Shown here: positions 1 to 10,900 of the stretch, piece by piece
Numbering within the stretch: position 1 is the first letter of the stretch
Layout of the letters: every line of letters starts with the position of its first letter
Origin: Polyangiaceae bacterium
Lineage (GTDB): Bacteria > Myxococcota_A > Polyangia > Polyangiales > Polyangiaceae
Length of the DNA stretch: 64,000 nucleotides
NCBI GenBank assembly: GCA_965222375.1
Contig: CBDCTZ010000009.1
Span: forward strand, 96,001 to 160,000
Direction of reading: 5' to 3'
Notes under the pieces: generated by a model
Told to the model about the DNA's origin: nothing
The model's database searches: none
What the model saw: only the letters and a program-made list of their open reading frames with translations
Made by a program: the position numbers and the translations under genes

Positions 1-507
1 CGCCGCCTCGATCCGAAGTTCTTCGAGGCGCATATGAACTACGCGGCGGTGAACCTCTCCTTCCGAGGCTTCAAGGAGGCCGAGAAGGCGTATCGAGCGG
101 CGCTCAAGCTGCGGCCCAAAGAGTTCGAAGGTCGCCTGGGCTTGGCCCTGGCCATTCGTGGCCAGATCCGCCCCGGGGATCCCGGCAAGCTGACCGGCAA
201 GGCGCAGGCCGAGCTGGATGCGGCCCGCAAGCTGCAGCCCAACCGGCCCGAGACCTATTACAACGAGGCCATCCTCACCCAGGAGTTCCGGGCCAAGGGC
301 GACCAGAAGTCGGCCATCCCGATGCTCAAGAAGGCGTCCGCGATGTACCAGAAGTTCATTTCGAAGGCGGGTTCGGACGACGCCTTCGCGGAGGCCGTCA
401 AACGCGCCAAGGAGCGCTCGCAGGATATCGATGACACAGTGAAGTTCATCGAAGAAGGTGAGGCAGCCAAGAAGGCTGGACCACCCCCACCACCTCCCAA
501 GAAGTGA
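1..507 (+). CDS. gltE: TPR protein, 5'-truncated by window edge; probable gliding motility lipoprotein GltE/AglT
   Basis: Frame open from base 1, TPR-like helices (AEKAYRAALKLRP, PETYYNEAIL); lies directly upstream of gltF- and gltG-like genes as in the myxobacterial G1 cluster. Symbol rests on synteny. Confidence 0.6.
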   Translation, partial: RRLDPKFFEAHMNYAAVNLSFRGFKEAEKAYRAALKLRPKEFEGRLGLALAIRGQIRPGDPGKLTGKAQAELDAARKLQPNRPETYYNEAILTQEFRAKGDQKSAIPMLKKASAMYQKFISKAGSDDAFAEAVKRAKERSQDIDDTVKFIEEGEAAKKAGPPPPPPKK

Positions 508-665
508 GTCGGGGACTTAGCTTGAAAAACGTCGGAGAAACGAACACTTGAGGAAAAGTTCTCAGAAAGTCCGCCCCCTGGCGGAACCTGCAAATGGAGT
601 GGCTGTCATAAGCTCCGTGACCGCATTGGGGCGGACACACACTCCTAATCCAGGGGTCGTTTCGG

Positions 666-695
666 TTGACGCGATAGCTTGAGCAAACGTACAAT
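666..695 (+). promoter_or_regulatory. Candidate sigma70 promoter upstream of gltF
   Basis: TTGACG (666-671), 18-nt spacer, TACAAT (690-695); AAGGAG RBS at 723-728 before ATG 735. Confidence 0.55.
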
Positions 696-734
696 ACCAC
701 TGTAATAGTGCTCAAATTTTCCAAGGAGATTGAA

Positions 735-1022
735 ATGGCTCGCTCGTTCACTATCGGCTTCGCAGCACTCGCGTTGGGTGCGGCGGCTTTCGTTGTGACA
801 CCCAGCGCCCTGGCCCAAGGAGCGAAGAAGGCACCTGCGAAGGCAGAGACCAAGGGCGATGAAGGGTACGGTTATACGTTCGAGGACGATCCGCTCAATG
901 CGGGCGGTTTCGGGCCCAATGACGCGACGATTCGCGTTCGACCAAAAGCTGCACGAACTACCCTCATTCGCCCGCGCACTTCATTCGTGCCGGAAATGTT
1001 GAAGTCCGTCGAGAATATCTGA
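735..1022 (+). CDS. gltF: Small secreted gliding motility protein GltF/CglF
   Basis: Signal peptide, then YTFEDDPL...LIRPRTSFVPEMLKSVENI typical of GltF; strong RBS; position between gltE and gltG. Confidence 0.75.
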   Translation: MARSFTIGFAALALGAAAFVVTPSALAQGAKKAPAKAETKGDEGYGYTFEDDPLNAGGFGPNDATIRVRPKAARTTLIRPRTSFVPEMLKSVENI

Positions 1023-1074
1023 GATTGTCCTCAGGGGCGTTTCGACGAACTGTCGAGATCGGGAAAATAAGCAA

Positions 1075-3297
1075 ATGGCAAAAGCTGTCCTCACGTTCGC
1101 GCTCTACCAGGGAGACGCACTGCAACGCCGCGAAACGGTGACGCAAGACGTCGTCAAGGTAGGCAAGGATCCCAAGAGCCACTTGCAGGTCGACGACGAG
1201 CAAGCATCTCGTATGCACGCCGTCATCGAGGTTGCAGCACCGGATGACATCACACTCATCGACCTGGGCAACGAGCCCGGAACGATGGTGAACGGTGCGC
1301 GGGTCAACAAATGCAAGTTGCACGTCGGCGACCAGATTCAGGTCGGCGGCGCACGCATCGTGCTCGAGAGCGCAGAGGCAGCTCAAGCGGAAGCGGCGGC
1401 GGCAGTGCCCGCGCCCGTCGCAGCGCCCCCCGGCGTAGCTCCGCAGGCGGCTCCCCCCGGAGTGGCTCCGCCCGGCGTAGCTCCGCAAGCGGCTCCGCCC
1501 GGCGTAGCTCCACAAGCAGCTCCGCCCGGCGTGCCTCCGCAAGCGCCGCCCCAGGCACCACAAGCTCATCCGTCGGCGCCCCCGCCGGCCCAGGCGCAAG
1601 CGGCTCCGCCCCAAGCAGCGCAGGCCGGAGCGCCGGGAGCCAACCCCTTCGGCGGATCGAATCCCTTCGCGGCAGCGGCAGCCTCGAGTCCCTTCGGTGG
1701 GGCGGCCAATCCCTTCGAAATGGCGTCGGTCAATCCTTTTGCCCAGGGCGCGGCGGAACAGGCCCAGCTCGAGGCGCTTCGGGTTCCCGACGATGCTCCG
1801 CCGGGCACTTACACCTACACGCTGATCAAGAGCGGACCCGACGTCAGCCCCGACGAGGTCGAGCTACCCCACGTTGCGAGCGTGGAAGTCATGGTGCTGT
1901 GGGGCACGAATGTGCTGCACGTTTCGCACCTCACGCCGCCTCGCAACTTCTACGTGGGTGAGGAGCAGGGCAAGAACTTCGCGTGTGACTTCTTCGTACC
2001 CGCGGAGAAGCTGGGCACCTCGCGTATGCCCGTCGTGGTCGGGGACCGCGCGTCTCTCGCGGTGGTGATTCCACCGGGTGCTACGGGTATGATCGAGGTG
2101 CAGGGCCAGCCCAAAATGACGCTGGACGAGGCGCGAGCTAAGAGTCAGCCGAGCGCCGAGGTCAGCGGAGGGCATCAGTTCCCATTGCCGGCTGGTGGTC
2201 GCGCTCGCGTCGAAATCGGCGGCTTCGTTTTCCAGATTGCGGCGGTCAACGCAGGCAAGCCGGCCAAGCACGGCATGGCTGCGGGCGTGGACTGGGCCGT
2301 GTTCATGTACTTCGCACTGTCCTTCTTGGTGCACGGTGGCTTGATTGCCGCGATGGCGTTCTTCGTGCCGCCGCTCGGTCTGACCGACGATGAAGATCTC
2401 GATCAAGATCGCATGTACCTGATTCAGCAGTACCTGAAGAGTGCTGCGGAGCGGGAGCAGGAGGAGAAAGAGACCGAGGAGGTCGCGGAGGAAAACGCCG
2501 ACAACAAGGAAGGCGGTACTGGCACTAGAGCCAAGGGCGAAGAAGGATCGATGGGTAATCCCACGTCCAAGGCCACGAACAAGCGCTACGCGGTTCAGGG
2601 GCCGAAGGACAATCCGGATCCCCACATCGCTCGCCAGGCAGCCCTTCGTGAGGCCCAAGAGTTCGGCATGATCGGCCTCTTGAACACCGGCGCGGCGGGC
2701 GATCCCAACGCTCCGACGGCTCCCTGGGGTCGTGACACCTCCCTCGGTATGGATGACATGAGCGCCCGCGGTAATATGTGGGGCGACGAAATCGGCGACG
2801 CCTTCGGCGCCGGCGGCTTGGGTCTCTCGGGCATCGGCGAGGGCGGCGGTGGTCGCGGTGAGGGTATCGGCCTCGGTTCCATCGGAACCTTGGGTCATGG
2901 TGCCGGCACCGGTACCGGCCAGGGCTTCGGTTCTGGACACGGTCGTCTCGGCGGCGCTCACAAGACCCGGGCACCGAAGGTGCGCATGGGTGCAACCAGC
3001 GTCAGCGGTCGCCTGCCCCCGGAGGTCATTCAGCGCATCGTGCGACAGAACTACGGTCGTTTCCGTATGTGTTACGAACAAGGTCTGTCGCGGAACCCGA
3101 ACCTGGAAGGGCGCGTGGCGGTTCGCTTCGTCATCGGTCGCGATGGGTCGGTTTCCAACGTGTCCAACGGTGGGTCGGACTTGCCGGATAGCGGAGTCGT
3201 CGGTTGCGTCATCTCGGCGTACTACGGGCTCTCGTTCCCGCAGCCCGAGGGCGGCATCGTGACGGTCGTCTACCCGATCTCCTTCTCGCCGGGCTGA
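1075..3297 (+). CDS. gltG: Gliding motility protein GltG/PglI (FHA domain, Pro-rich linker, TM helix, TonB-like C-terminal domain)
   Basis: N-terminal FHA (VGKD..SRMHA..GTMVNG), one TM, Gly-rich region, C-terminal IQRIVRQNYGRFRMCYEQGL..VVYPISF. Confidence 0.85.
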   Translation: MAKAVLTFALYQGDALQRRETVTQDVVKVGKDPKSHLQVDDEQASRMHAVIEVAAPDDITLIDLGNEPGTMVNGARVNKCKLHVGDQIQVGGARIVLESAEAAQAEAAAAVPAPVAAPPGVAPQAAPPGVAPPGVAPQAAPPGVAPQAAPPGVPPQAPPQAPQAHPSAPPPAQAQAAPPQAAQAGAPGANPFGGSNPFAAAAASSPFGGAANPFEMASVNPFAQGAAEQAQLEALRVPDDAPPGTYTYTLIKSGPDVSPDEVELPHVASVEVMVLWGTNVLHVSHLTPPRNFYVGEEQGKNFACDFFVPAEKLGTSRMPVVVGDRASLAVVIPPGATGMIEVQGQPKMTLDEARAKSQPSAEVSGGHQFPLPAGGRARVEIGGFVFQIAAVNAGKPAKHGMAAGVDWAVFMYFALSFLVHGGLIAAMAFFVPPLGLTDDEDLDQDRMYLIQQYLKSAAEREQEEKETEEVAEENADNKEGGTGTRAKGEEGSMGNPTSKATNKRYAVQGPKDNPDPHIARQAALREAQEFGMIGLLNTGAAGDPNAPTAPWGRDTSLGMDDMSARGNMWGDEIGDAFGAGGLGLSGIGEGGGGRGEGIGLGSIGTLGHGAGTGTGQGFGSGHGRLGGAHKTRAPKVRMGATSVSGRLPPEVIQRIVRQNYGRFRMCYEQGLSRNPNLEGRVAVRFVIGRDGSVSNVSNGGSDLPDSGVVGCVISAYYGLSFPQPEGGIVTVVYPISFSPG
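1420..1545 (+). repeat. Coding tandem repeat (AAPPGVAPQ-type, about 27 nt) in the gltG linker
   Basis: Repeated gctccgcccggcgtagctccgcaa-like units encoding APPGVAPQA. Confidence 0.8.
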
Positions 3298-3320
3298 CCG
3301 CAGCCAATCGAAAAGACGCG

Positions 3321-3341
3321 AGGGCCTCCACTGGGGGCCCT
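3321..3341 (+). terminator. Stem-loop after gltG, possible intrinsic terminator
   Basis: AGGGCCTCC-ACT-GGGGGCCCT, 9-bp stem with one G-U pair; only a weak U-tract follows. Confidence 0.45.
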
Positions 3342-3924
3342 TGCTGCATTTGGGACTCGGGACCTTGGGGCTCGGGGCGCAGCCGCTCCGCCCTGAGCGG
3401 GGCCGGCGTGGGCCGCTTCAGTCCCGAAGTACTTCGATATCTGTGTGTTTGGGTTGGGGTTGCGGCATTGTGGCGGCAGTAGGCCGCTATTCTCGCCCCG
3501 GTGCCACTCCGGTGCCAGTGCGAGATTAGGGCACCCGCTCGCACCAGATCCGCGACCCAACCCCCAATCCCCGCTCCATTGACCCGAGCGGCGTTGCGTC
3601 GAGTGGATTCGACCCAGGGCCCCGGGCGGTTCCCTCGCGGGTCCTGGCGGGGTGCGGGACTCGAGGGCGTCCCCGGGGCTGGGGACCAGTGCTCAAGGGC
3701 CCGAAAATCCCCAGGGAATTCGCGCCGAAATGGGCAACGAAGCGCCTTTACTTCGCGCCACCCGTCCGCCTATGCTCCGGATAGCTTTGGAACCGGCGGA
3801 TTCCCGAACAAATGCGGGGCCGTACCGCGTTCTGGGGCAACCAAATCGGCTGTGACGGACAGGCTAGCGCTGCCGCGTGGGGTGCGCCCCAAAGGGCTCG
3901 AATCTGAGGAAGGGTGAGCGTTTC

Positions 3925-4839
3925 ATGAAACTTCGGGTGGTTCACATCGCCGCGCTGTCGGCAGCAATCGCGGGCTCGGCCTGTGGACGGGATCACATTG
4001 AGGCCATCAACCTCGCAAACGAGGGCGACCGAGCCGTCAAGGTGAACGTCGAAGGTGCGATTCAGAAGTACGAGCAGGCTGTCCAGCTCGATCCGACGAA
4101 CCACCGCATCGTTTGGAAGCTGGCCAAGGCCTACGAGAAGAAAGAGGACTGGGACAAGATGGCGTCGTCGCTATCCCGCGCCGTCCAAATTGCTCCGGAC
4201 TTCGCCAACTACTGGTTCAAGCGTGGCTACGCGCTGGTCAAGCAGGCGGAAGGTGGCAACCCGGATGCCTACGAGGAAGCGAAGGAGCCCCTCAAGAAGT
4301 GCATCGAAAAGGACCCGAACTACTCGGAGTGTTACCACTTCCTGGGTGAAGCGTCCCTTTGGACCAACGACGAGCAGTCGGCCCTGGACAACTACACCAA
4401 GGCCATCGAGCACAACCCGACCCAGGCCTACTACTACCCGCCGCTCGGGGAGTTGTTGATCACCTTCAAGTTCTACAAAGAGGCTGGTCAGGTGCTCAAA
4501 GAAGGCACCCGCATCATTCCTCCCGGTGAAAAGACCAACAATCACCTCTACGCCATGTACGTCCTGCGCTTTCAGGTGGCGCAAGCTGGCGACGACAAAG
4601 CCGAGATGGTTGCTTCCATGGAGAAGGCCCAAGAGGTCGCCGGGGATTCTCACCCGGAAATCAGCTTCAACCTGGGCAGCACCTATGCGGTGATGGACCC
4701 GCCCCAGAAGGAAAAGGCGGCACGGCTGCTCAAGTCCTTCGTCAAGCGCGCTTGCCGTTCGGCCAAAGCTTCGAAGTTCAAGGAACAGTGCGAGACAGCG
4801 AACTCGCTCATTCAGAAGCTCGGCGCAAGTGTCAACTAA
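3925..4839 (+). CDS. TPR-repeat lipoprotein
   Basis: ATG 3925 after GAGGAAGG; lipobox IAGSA-C; multiple TPR motifs (YEQAVQLDP, YTKAIEHNP). Confidence 0.8.
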   Translation: MKLRVVHIAALSAAIAGSACGRDHIEAINLANEGDRAVKVNVEGAIQKYEQAVQLDPTNHRIVWKLAKAYEKKEDWDKMASSLSRAVQIAPDFANYWFKRGYALVKQAEGGNPDAYEEAKEPLKKCIEKDPNYSECYHFLGEASLWTNDEQSALDNYTKAIEHNPTQAYYYPPLGELLITFKFYKEAGQVLKEGTRIIPPGEKTNNHLYAMYVLRFQVAQAGDDKAEMVASMEKAQEVAGDSHPEISFNLGSTYAVMDPPQKEKAARLLKSFVKRACRSAKASKFKEQCETANSLIQKLGASVN

Positions 4840-4992
4840 GCCCCATCCACGCATCAGGCGCGTCGCTGCCGTCCTGGCTGGCGCCAGCGACGCGTGCGCG
4901 TGGGCAGACTGTGAGAACGTAGATTTCAACTGCTTGCTGCCCAGAGCGCAGCGAGGCAGCGGCGCTTTCGAGCGCCAATAGCTCGAGGAAGC

Positions 4993-7900
4993 ATGGATCT
5001 AGAGCAGCGTATGAATCAGCTGGAGCGCCACCACGATTGGGCTGGGCTCGTCGAGGTGCTGGAGCAGGCCATCGTTGGTACCGACGATGCCAGTGAGAAA
5101 GCGGACCTGCACCTGCGACTCGGTCGCTTGTTGCACTCCCAGTTCCTGCACGGCGTAAAGGCGCTCAAACACTTCCAGGACGCCTACAAGCTCAATCCCG
5201 CGCGGGTAGAAGCGCTGGCGGAAGCACGGCTCATCTACTGGGAGCTCGGTAAGCTGAACATGGTGCAGAAGCTGCTCGAGCTGCAGCTCAAGAATGTGGA
5301 CGATCCGAGCCTCGTTGCTCAGCTGTACCGCGAGCTAGGCGACGTGCACTGCGACCAAGAGGACTACGAGCGCGCGGCCGACGCCTACGCCCACGCCATG
5401 CAGTCTGCGGACGGTGAGGCCGACGTGGTCGGGCAGCTGCTCGAAGACGTGATGGCTGGGACCGAAGACTGGCAGGAGCGGGTCGGCGAACTGCTGCGCG
5501 GCGCTCACCAGATCGACGACGTTGCTGTGAAGGCGCAGACCTTTGTGCGCGCGGCACGCATCGCGCGTCGATACGCGCCGAGCGAAATGGAAGGCATTCT
5601 CGCTCAGGCCTACACGGCAGATCCGGGCAGTCTGGCCGCCGCAACCCTGTACGAAGGCATGCTGGTCGAAACGGATCGCACCGATGCGATCCTCGAGCTG
5701 CAGAACTCCGTGCTCGAGAGCGTGGCGGATGCTGGTGCCCGCGCCGACGTAGCGTTTCGCTTTGGTGTGCGCTGGGCGCTGCGTCACCAGAATGCCGATG
5801 TCAGCGCGAGCATGTTCGAAGCTGCTCTGCGCTTGAATCCCGGACACGAACCCGCTTTCAACTGCCTCAAAGAGGTCTGGGGCGCGCGGGACGGCAATTG
5901 GGCGCGGGTCGTGGAGTTCGCTCAGAACTTGTCGGCGTCGAGCGACGGCGCGTCAAAGGCGTTCCTGTTGGCTCAAGCCGGGCTTCTGACCTGGCGCGAG
6001 ATGGGAGATCTGATTCGCGCGCGCGTGCACTTCGAAGCCCTGTCATCGGTCGATCCGGAACACCCGGCGTTGCTGGCCTATGAAGCGCAGATCGGGGAAT
6101 CTCTCAGCGGCGCCGCGCCAGCGCCCGAGGCCCAACCCGAAGCCGAGATCGCTGCAGCTGCGCCGGCGCCCGAGGCCGCGCCTGAACCTGCGGCCGAGCC
6201 CGCGCCGGAGCCCGAAGCCACGCCTGAACCTGCGGCCGAGCCCGCACCGGAGCCTGAAGCGGCCGCTGCCCCGCCGGAGGAGGAGCCCGCCGCGGAGCTC
6301 AGTGCGCCGCCGCCGCCCGTCGACGAGGGCAAGATCGCGGAACTGCGTCAGCATCTCGCCGAGCAGGAGGGCGCCAAGCGTTTCCACGAATACGTCAAGA
6401 CTCTGGTCGAGCTGGCGCACGAAGTGCCGGACCCGGCAGAGAAGGTCGAGCTGTATCTCAAAGCCGCAGATCTCTACGTCAACAAGTTCGTCAACCAAGC
6501 CGAAGCCGTTCGTACCTACGAGGCGGTGCTGGCAGTCGATCCGGAAAACACTCAGGCCATCGACTACCTGCGTCAGATGTACGAAAAGCGCAGGGATTGG
6601 GAGAAGCTCATCGCGCTCAACACTCGGGAGGCCGAGCGCCTCGAGGCCGGCCCGACTCGGGTGCAGGCCTACAAAGAGATCGCGATGCTGGCCACGGAGC
6701 GCATCAAGAAGCCGGATGTATGCATTGGGCTCTGGGACGTCGTGCTGCGCAACGATCCGGATGATCTCGATGCCCTCGCTGCCCTGGCCCAGATGTATGA
6801 ACGCGCTCGGGACTACGAGAAGCTCGCGGACGTTCTGGAAAAGCAGGCGGACATCACCCTGGAGACCCCCGCCAAGGTGCAGATCCTGACCAAGCTCGGT
6901 CAGGTCACCGGGGACAGGCTGAAGGACGATGCCCGGGCGGCGGAAGCCTACCGCTTGCTGCTCACCCTGCAGCCGGACGATCGTCGCGCCCAAGAACAGC
7001 TGAAGAAGCGCTACGTGGCGCTCGGTCGCTGGGACGACTTGGAGGTGTTTTACGCCGAGAATGGCAAGTGGGACGAGTTCATCCGCGTGCTCGAGAGCAA
7101 TGAGTCCCGGGCTGGTTCCGACGAGCAGCGCATCGCGATGCTGATGAAGATCGCCGAGCTGTGGATGACCCAGAAGGGCAAGCCCGATCGCAGCGCGAGG
7201 GCCTACGAGAAGATCCTTGGGATCGACAATGGCAACTTGGCTGCCGCGGAGCATTTGATTCCGATCTACCAAGACGCCAACAACCCCAAGGGCCTTTCGG
7301 GCGCTATCGAGGTCAAGCTCGGTCACGTTCAGGATCATGTCGAGCGTTTGGAGCTCTTGCGCGAGGTCGCTGCCCTGTACGAGGGGCGCATCAACGACAA
7401 AGCCAAGGCCTTCGAACGGTACCTGGGTGCTTTCGAGATCGCGCCTACGGACGAGCAGAGCCAAACGGATCTGGAGCGCGCCGCTCAGCTGACGGGCGGT
7501 TGGGATCAAGTGGTTGAGGCCTACCGCGCCGCTTGTGCCAGCGCAGAGTCCGAAGGCGACAGCATGACCAGTAACGGCCTGCGCCTGCGCTTGGGTCGTG
7601 TATTGGTCGAGGAGGTTTCACGGGTGGACGAGGCCCTCACCGAGTACCGCGCCGTCTATGAAGCCGAACCCGACAACGTGGTCGCCCTGGAAGCGTTGGA
7701 GCGGCTGTATCGGGAGACGGAGCGTTGGCGCGATCTGCTCGAGGTCTATTCGAAGAAGCGCGACTTGACGGGTGACTTCGAGGAGCGCAAGCAGATCCTG
7801 TACGAAATTGCCCGGCTCTATGAACAACAGCTCGAGGCGCCCGCAGATGCCATCGAGACCTACCAGGCGGTGCTGGAAGACGACCCAGTCGACGGCGTGG

Positions 7901-10900
7901 CTCTGGAAGCTCTCGATCGCCTGTACGCGGAAACCCAGTCCTGGGAACAGTTCGTGGACGTGTTGCGGCGCCGGATCGAATTGGACGTTCCCGGCGAGCA
8001 GCTAATCGACCTGAAGTTCCGCTTGGCCGAATCCCTGCGGCTGCACTTGAACGATCACGCTGCAGCGCTGAACAACTACCGAGAGATCCTGTTCATCGAT
8101 CAGGAGCACGAGGGATCGCGGCAGGCGCTGGAGGGAATGCTCCAGCATCCGGAGCTGTCGGCGGAAGCTGCCAGCATTCTGGAGACTATCTACGAGCTGC
8201 GCGAAGACTGGGAGAAACTAGTCGGCGCCCTCGAGATCCTCGCCGCGTCCAGCGACGAGCGCGAGCGCAAGGTCGAGCTGCTTCGCAAGATCAGCTACGT
8301 CTCCGCCAATCAGCTCGGAAGCTTGGAGCGCGCCATCGACGCTCAAGCCCGCGCCATCAAGGAGGACCCGTCTCTGGCTGACTCCCGGCTCGAGCTGGAG
8401 CAGTTGGCGGAGCAGGCCGGAGCTTGGGATCAGTTGATCGCCATCTACGCAGACGTGGCGGGCGGCTTGGACGATCCGAGTCTGTCCCGGGAGTACTGGA
8501 TGCGCCTAGCCAGCATTCAGGAGCGCCTGGAAAAGGTCGAAGACGCAGCCACGAGCTACGACAAGGTTCTCGAACTCGACCCCTCGGATGGCGAAGCGTT
8601 GCTCGCCATGGACTCCCTGTACCGCCGCACGGAGCACTGGGAAGATCTCGTCGGCGTGTATCGACGTCGCATCGAGTTGACCATCGACGGCCAGGAGCGC
8701 GAGGCCCAGTACGCCCAAATGGCGCAGGTCTTCGAGGAAAAGCTGGGTCGCCCGGATGACGCCATCGCGGCCTACCGCGAAGTCTTGGCTCTCGACCCTG
8801 CGAGCCAGCTGGCCCTGGGAGCTTTGGACGGGCTGTTCACCCGTCAGAGCCAATGGTCCGAGCTCGCCGAGAACTTGGAAGTGCAGCTCACCCTGGCTGA
8901 GAGCGAGGGCGAGCAGCTTCAGCTGATGCTGCGCTTGGCGTCGCTTCGTGAAACCCAGATGGGTCAACTGGAAGCAGCCATCGAGGGCTATCGGCAGGTG
9001 CTCGATCGGGATCCGACCAACGACGCTGCTTTGGGCGCCCTGGAGCGCCTGGGACAAGACCCCACCAACGAATTGGTGATCGCCGAGATCTTGGAGCCCC
9101 TGTATCGCAACCAGGGGGACTTCCAGAAACTCATTGGCGTGCACGAAGTGCAGGTGCGCCGCGCGGAAGACCAGCACCGCAAAGTCGAGCTGCTGCACCA
9201 GGTCGCGGAGCTGCACGAGGATGCCGGCGGAGATGTGAACGCGGGCTTCGACACGCTCGCTCGGGCCCTAGCCGTGGATCCCGCGAACGAAGGGACCCAG
9301 AGCGGTCTCGACCGCCTGGCTCGGGCGACGGGGCGGTTCCAGGATCTGGCCACGGTCTACACGGATCTGGCGTCGCAGCAGGAAGACGCCGAGTTGGGCA
9401 GCTCCCTCTACACCTTCGCCGCACGCGTGTACGAGCACGACGTCGGCGAAGTGGACAAGGCGATCGAACTGTATCGTCAGGTCCTGACCATCGACCCCAT
9501 GAACCTCGGCGCGGCCGAGGCGCTGCAGGCCTTGTTCCAATCCACGGAACGCTATGCCGATATGTCTCTGATATTGCAGCGGAAAGCGACGATTCTCGAC
9601 GACATCGACGAGCAAAAGGCGGCGCTGTTCCAGGCAGCCGCCCTCGAAGAAGAGGTGTTGGAGCGGCGCGAGAACTCCATCGGCGTGTACATGAAGGTGC
9701 TCGAGCTCGATCCCGAGGACCTGCGAGCCATCGATGCACTGATCAACCTGTACCTAAGCCTGTCACGTTGGGAAGAACTCCTGGGCGTGTACAGCAAGAA
9801 GGCCGATCTGGTTTTCGACACCGAAGAGAAGAAACTGATCTTCTATCAGGTGGGGGCCGTTCACGAGCGTGAGCTTCAGGATGTAGCCCGCGCCATCGAC
9901 ACCTACCAGCGTGTGCTTGAACTCGATCCCGACGACCTCACCGCCTTGGGTCGCCTCGACGTGCTGTATCAGACGGCCGAAAACTGGCAGGAGCTGCTGA
10001 GCATTCTGACCCACGAAGCCGAGCTGACCCCGGATCCCGCGGAGGCCGTGAGCTTCCAGTATCGGATCGCGGAACTCTACGAAAAGCATCTGGGTGATGT
10101 GGAACGCGCCGTGGAGCTGTATCGAGACATCCTCGGCATCTTGCCGGATCACCAGCCGACCCTGGCAGCCTTGGAGGGGATCAAGAACGGCGAGCTGGCC
10201 CCCTTGGCTGCGGCCAACGTGCTCGAGCCCGTCTACGACGCCATGGGCGAGTGGGCCCGGCTCATCAGCGTGCTCGAAGTGATGGTGCGCTTTGCCGACG
10301 ATCCCTTCACCCAGGTCGACCTGCTGCATCGCATCGCGCGGCTGTACGAGGAAAACCTCCAAGACCACGCCAATGCCTTCGAGACCTTCGCCCGGGCTGT
10401 CTCCTTTGACAGTCAGAACGAAGAATCCCTGGGCTCCCTCGAGCGCTTGGCCATGATGATCGAGCGCTGGCCCAACGTCGCGGCCCTCTACGACCAAGAG
10501 TTGGGCAAGCTGGACGAAGAGCCAGACCGGCTCGTGGAATTGGGCCTGCGAGTGGCACAGGTCTACGAGGTGCAGCTCGAAGACGTCGACAACGCCGTGC
10601 AGCGTTACCGCCGTGTCTTGGAAGCGGACCCCGAGAACCAGAACGCGGTGCAGGCTCTGGATCGGCTGTTCGTGCAGACCGAGCGCTGGGCGGAGCTGGC
10701 CGAGGTCCTACGCCGAGAAGCCGAGATCGGTGAGAGCCCCGAGGAGATCTTGGAGTTCAAATACCGCTTGGGTCAGGTCAACCAGCTGCAGCTCGGAGAC
10801 TTGCCTCAGGCCATCGAGGCCTACCGGGAAGTCTTGTCGGCGGCGCCGGAGCACTTCGAGACCCTGCAAGCTCTCGAAGGCTTGTTCGAGGCTGGGACGA

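Noticed and set aside
3595..3900. tmRNA, suggested by TGGATTCGAC near 3604
   Set aside because: No matching 5' acceptor strand and no 3' T arm/CCA found.
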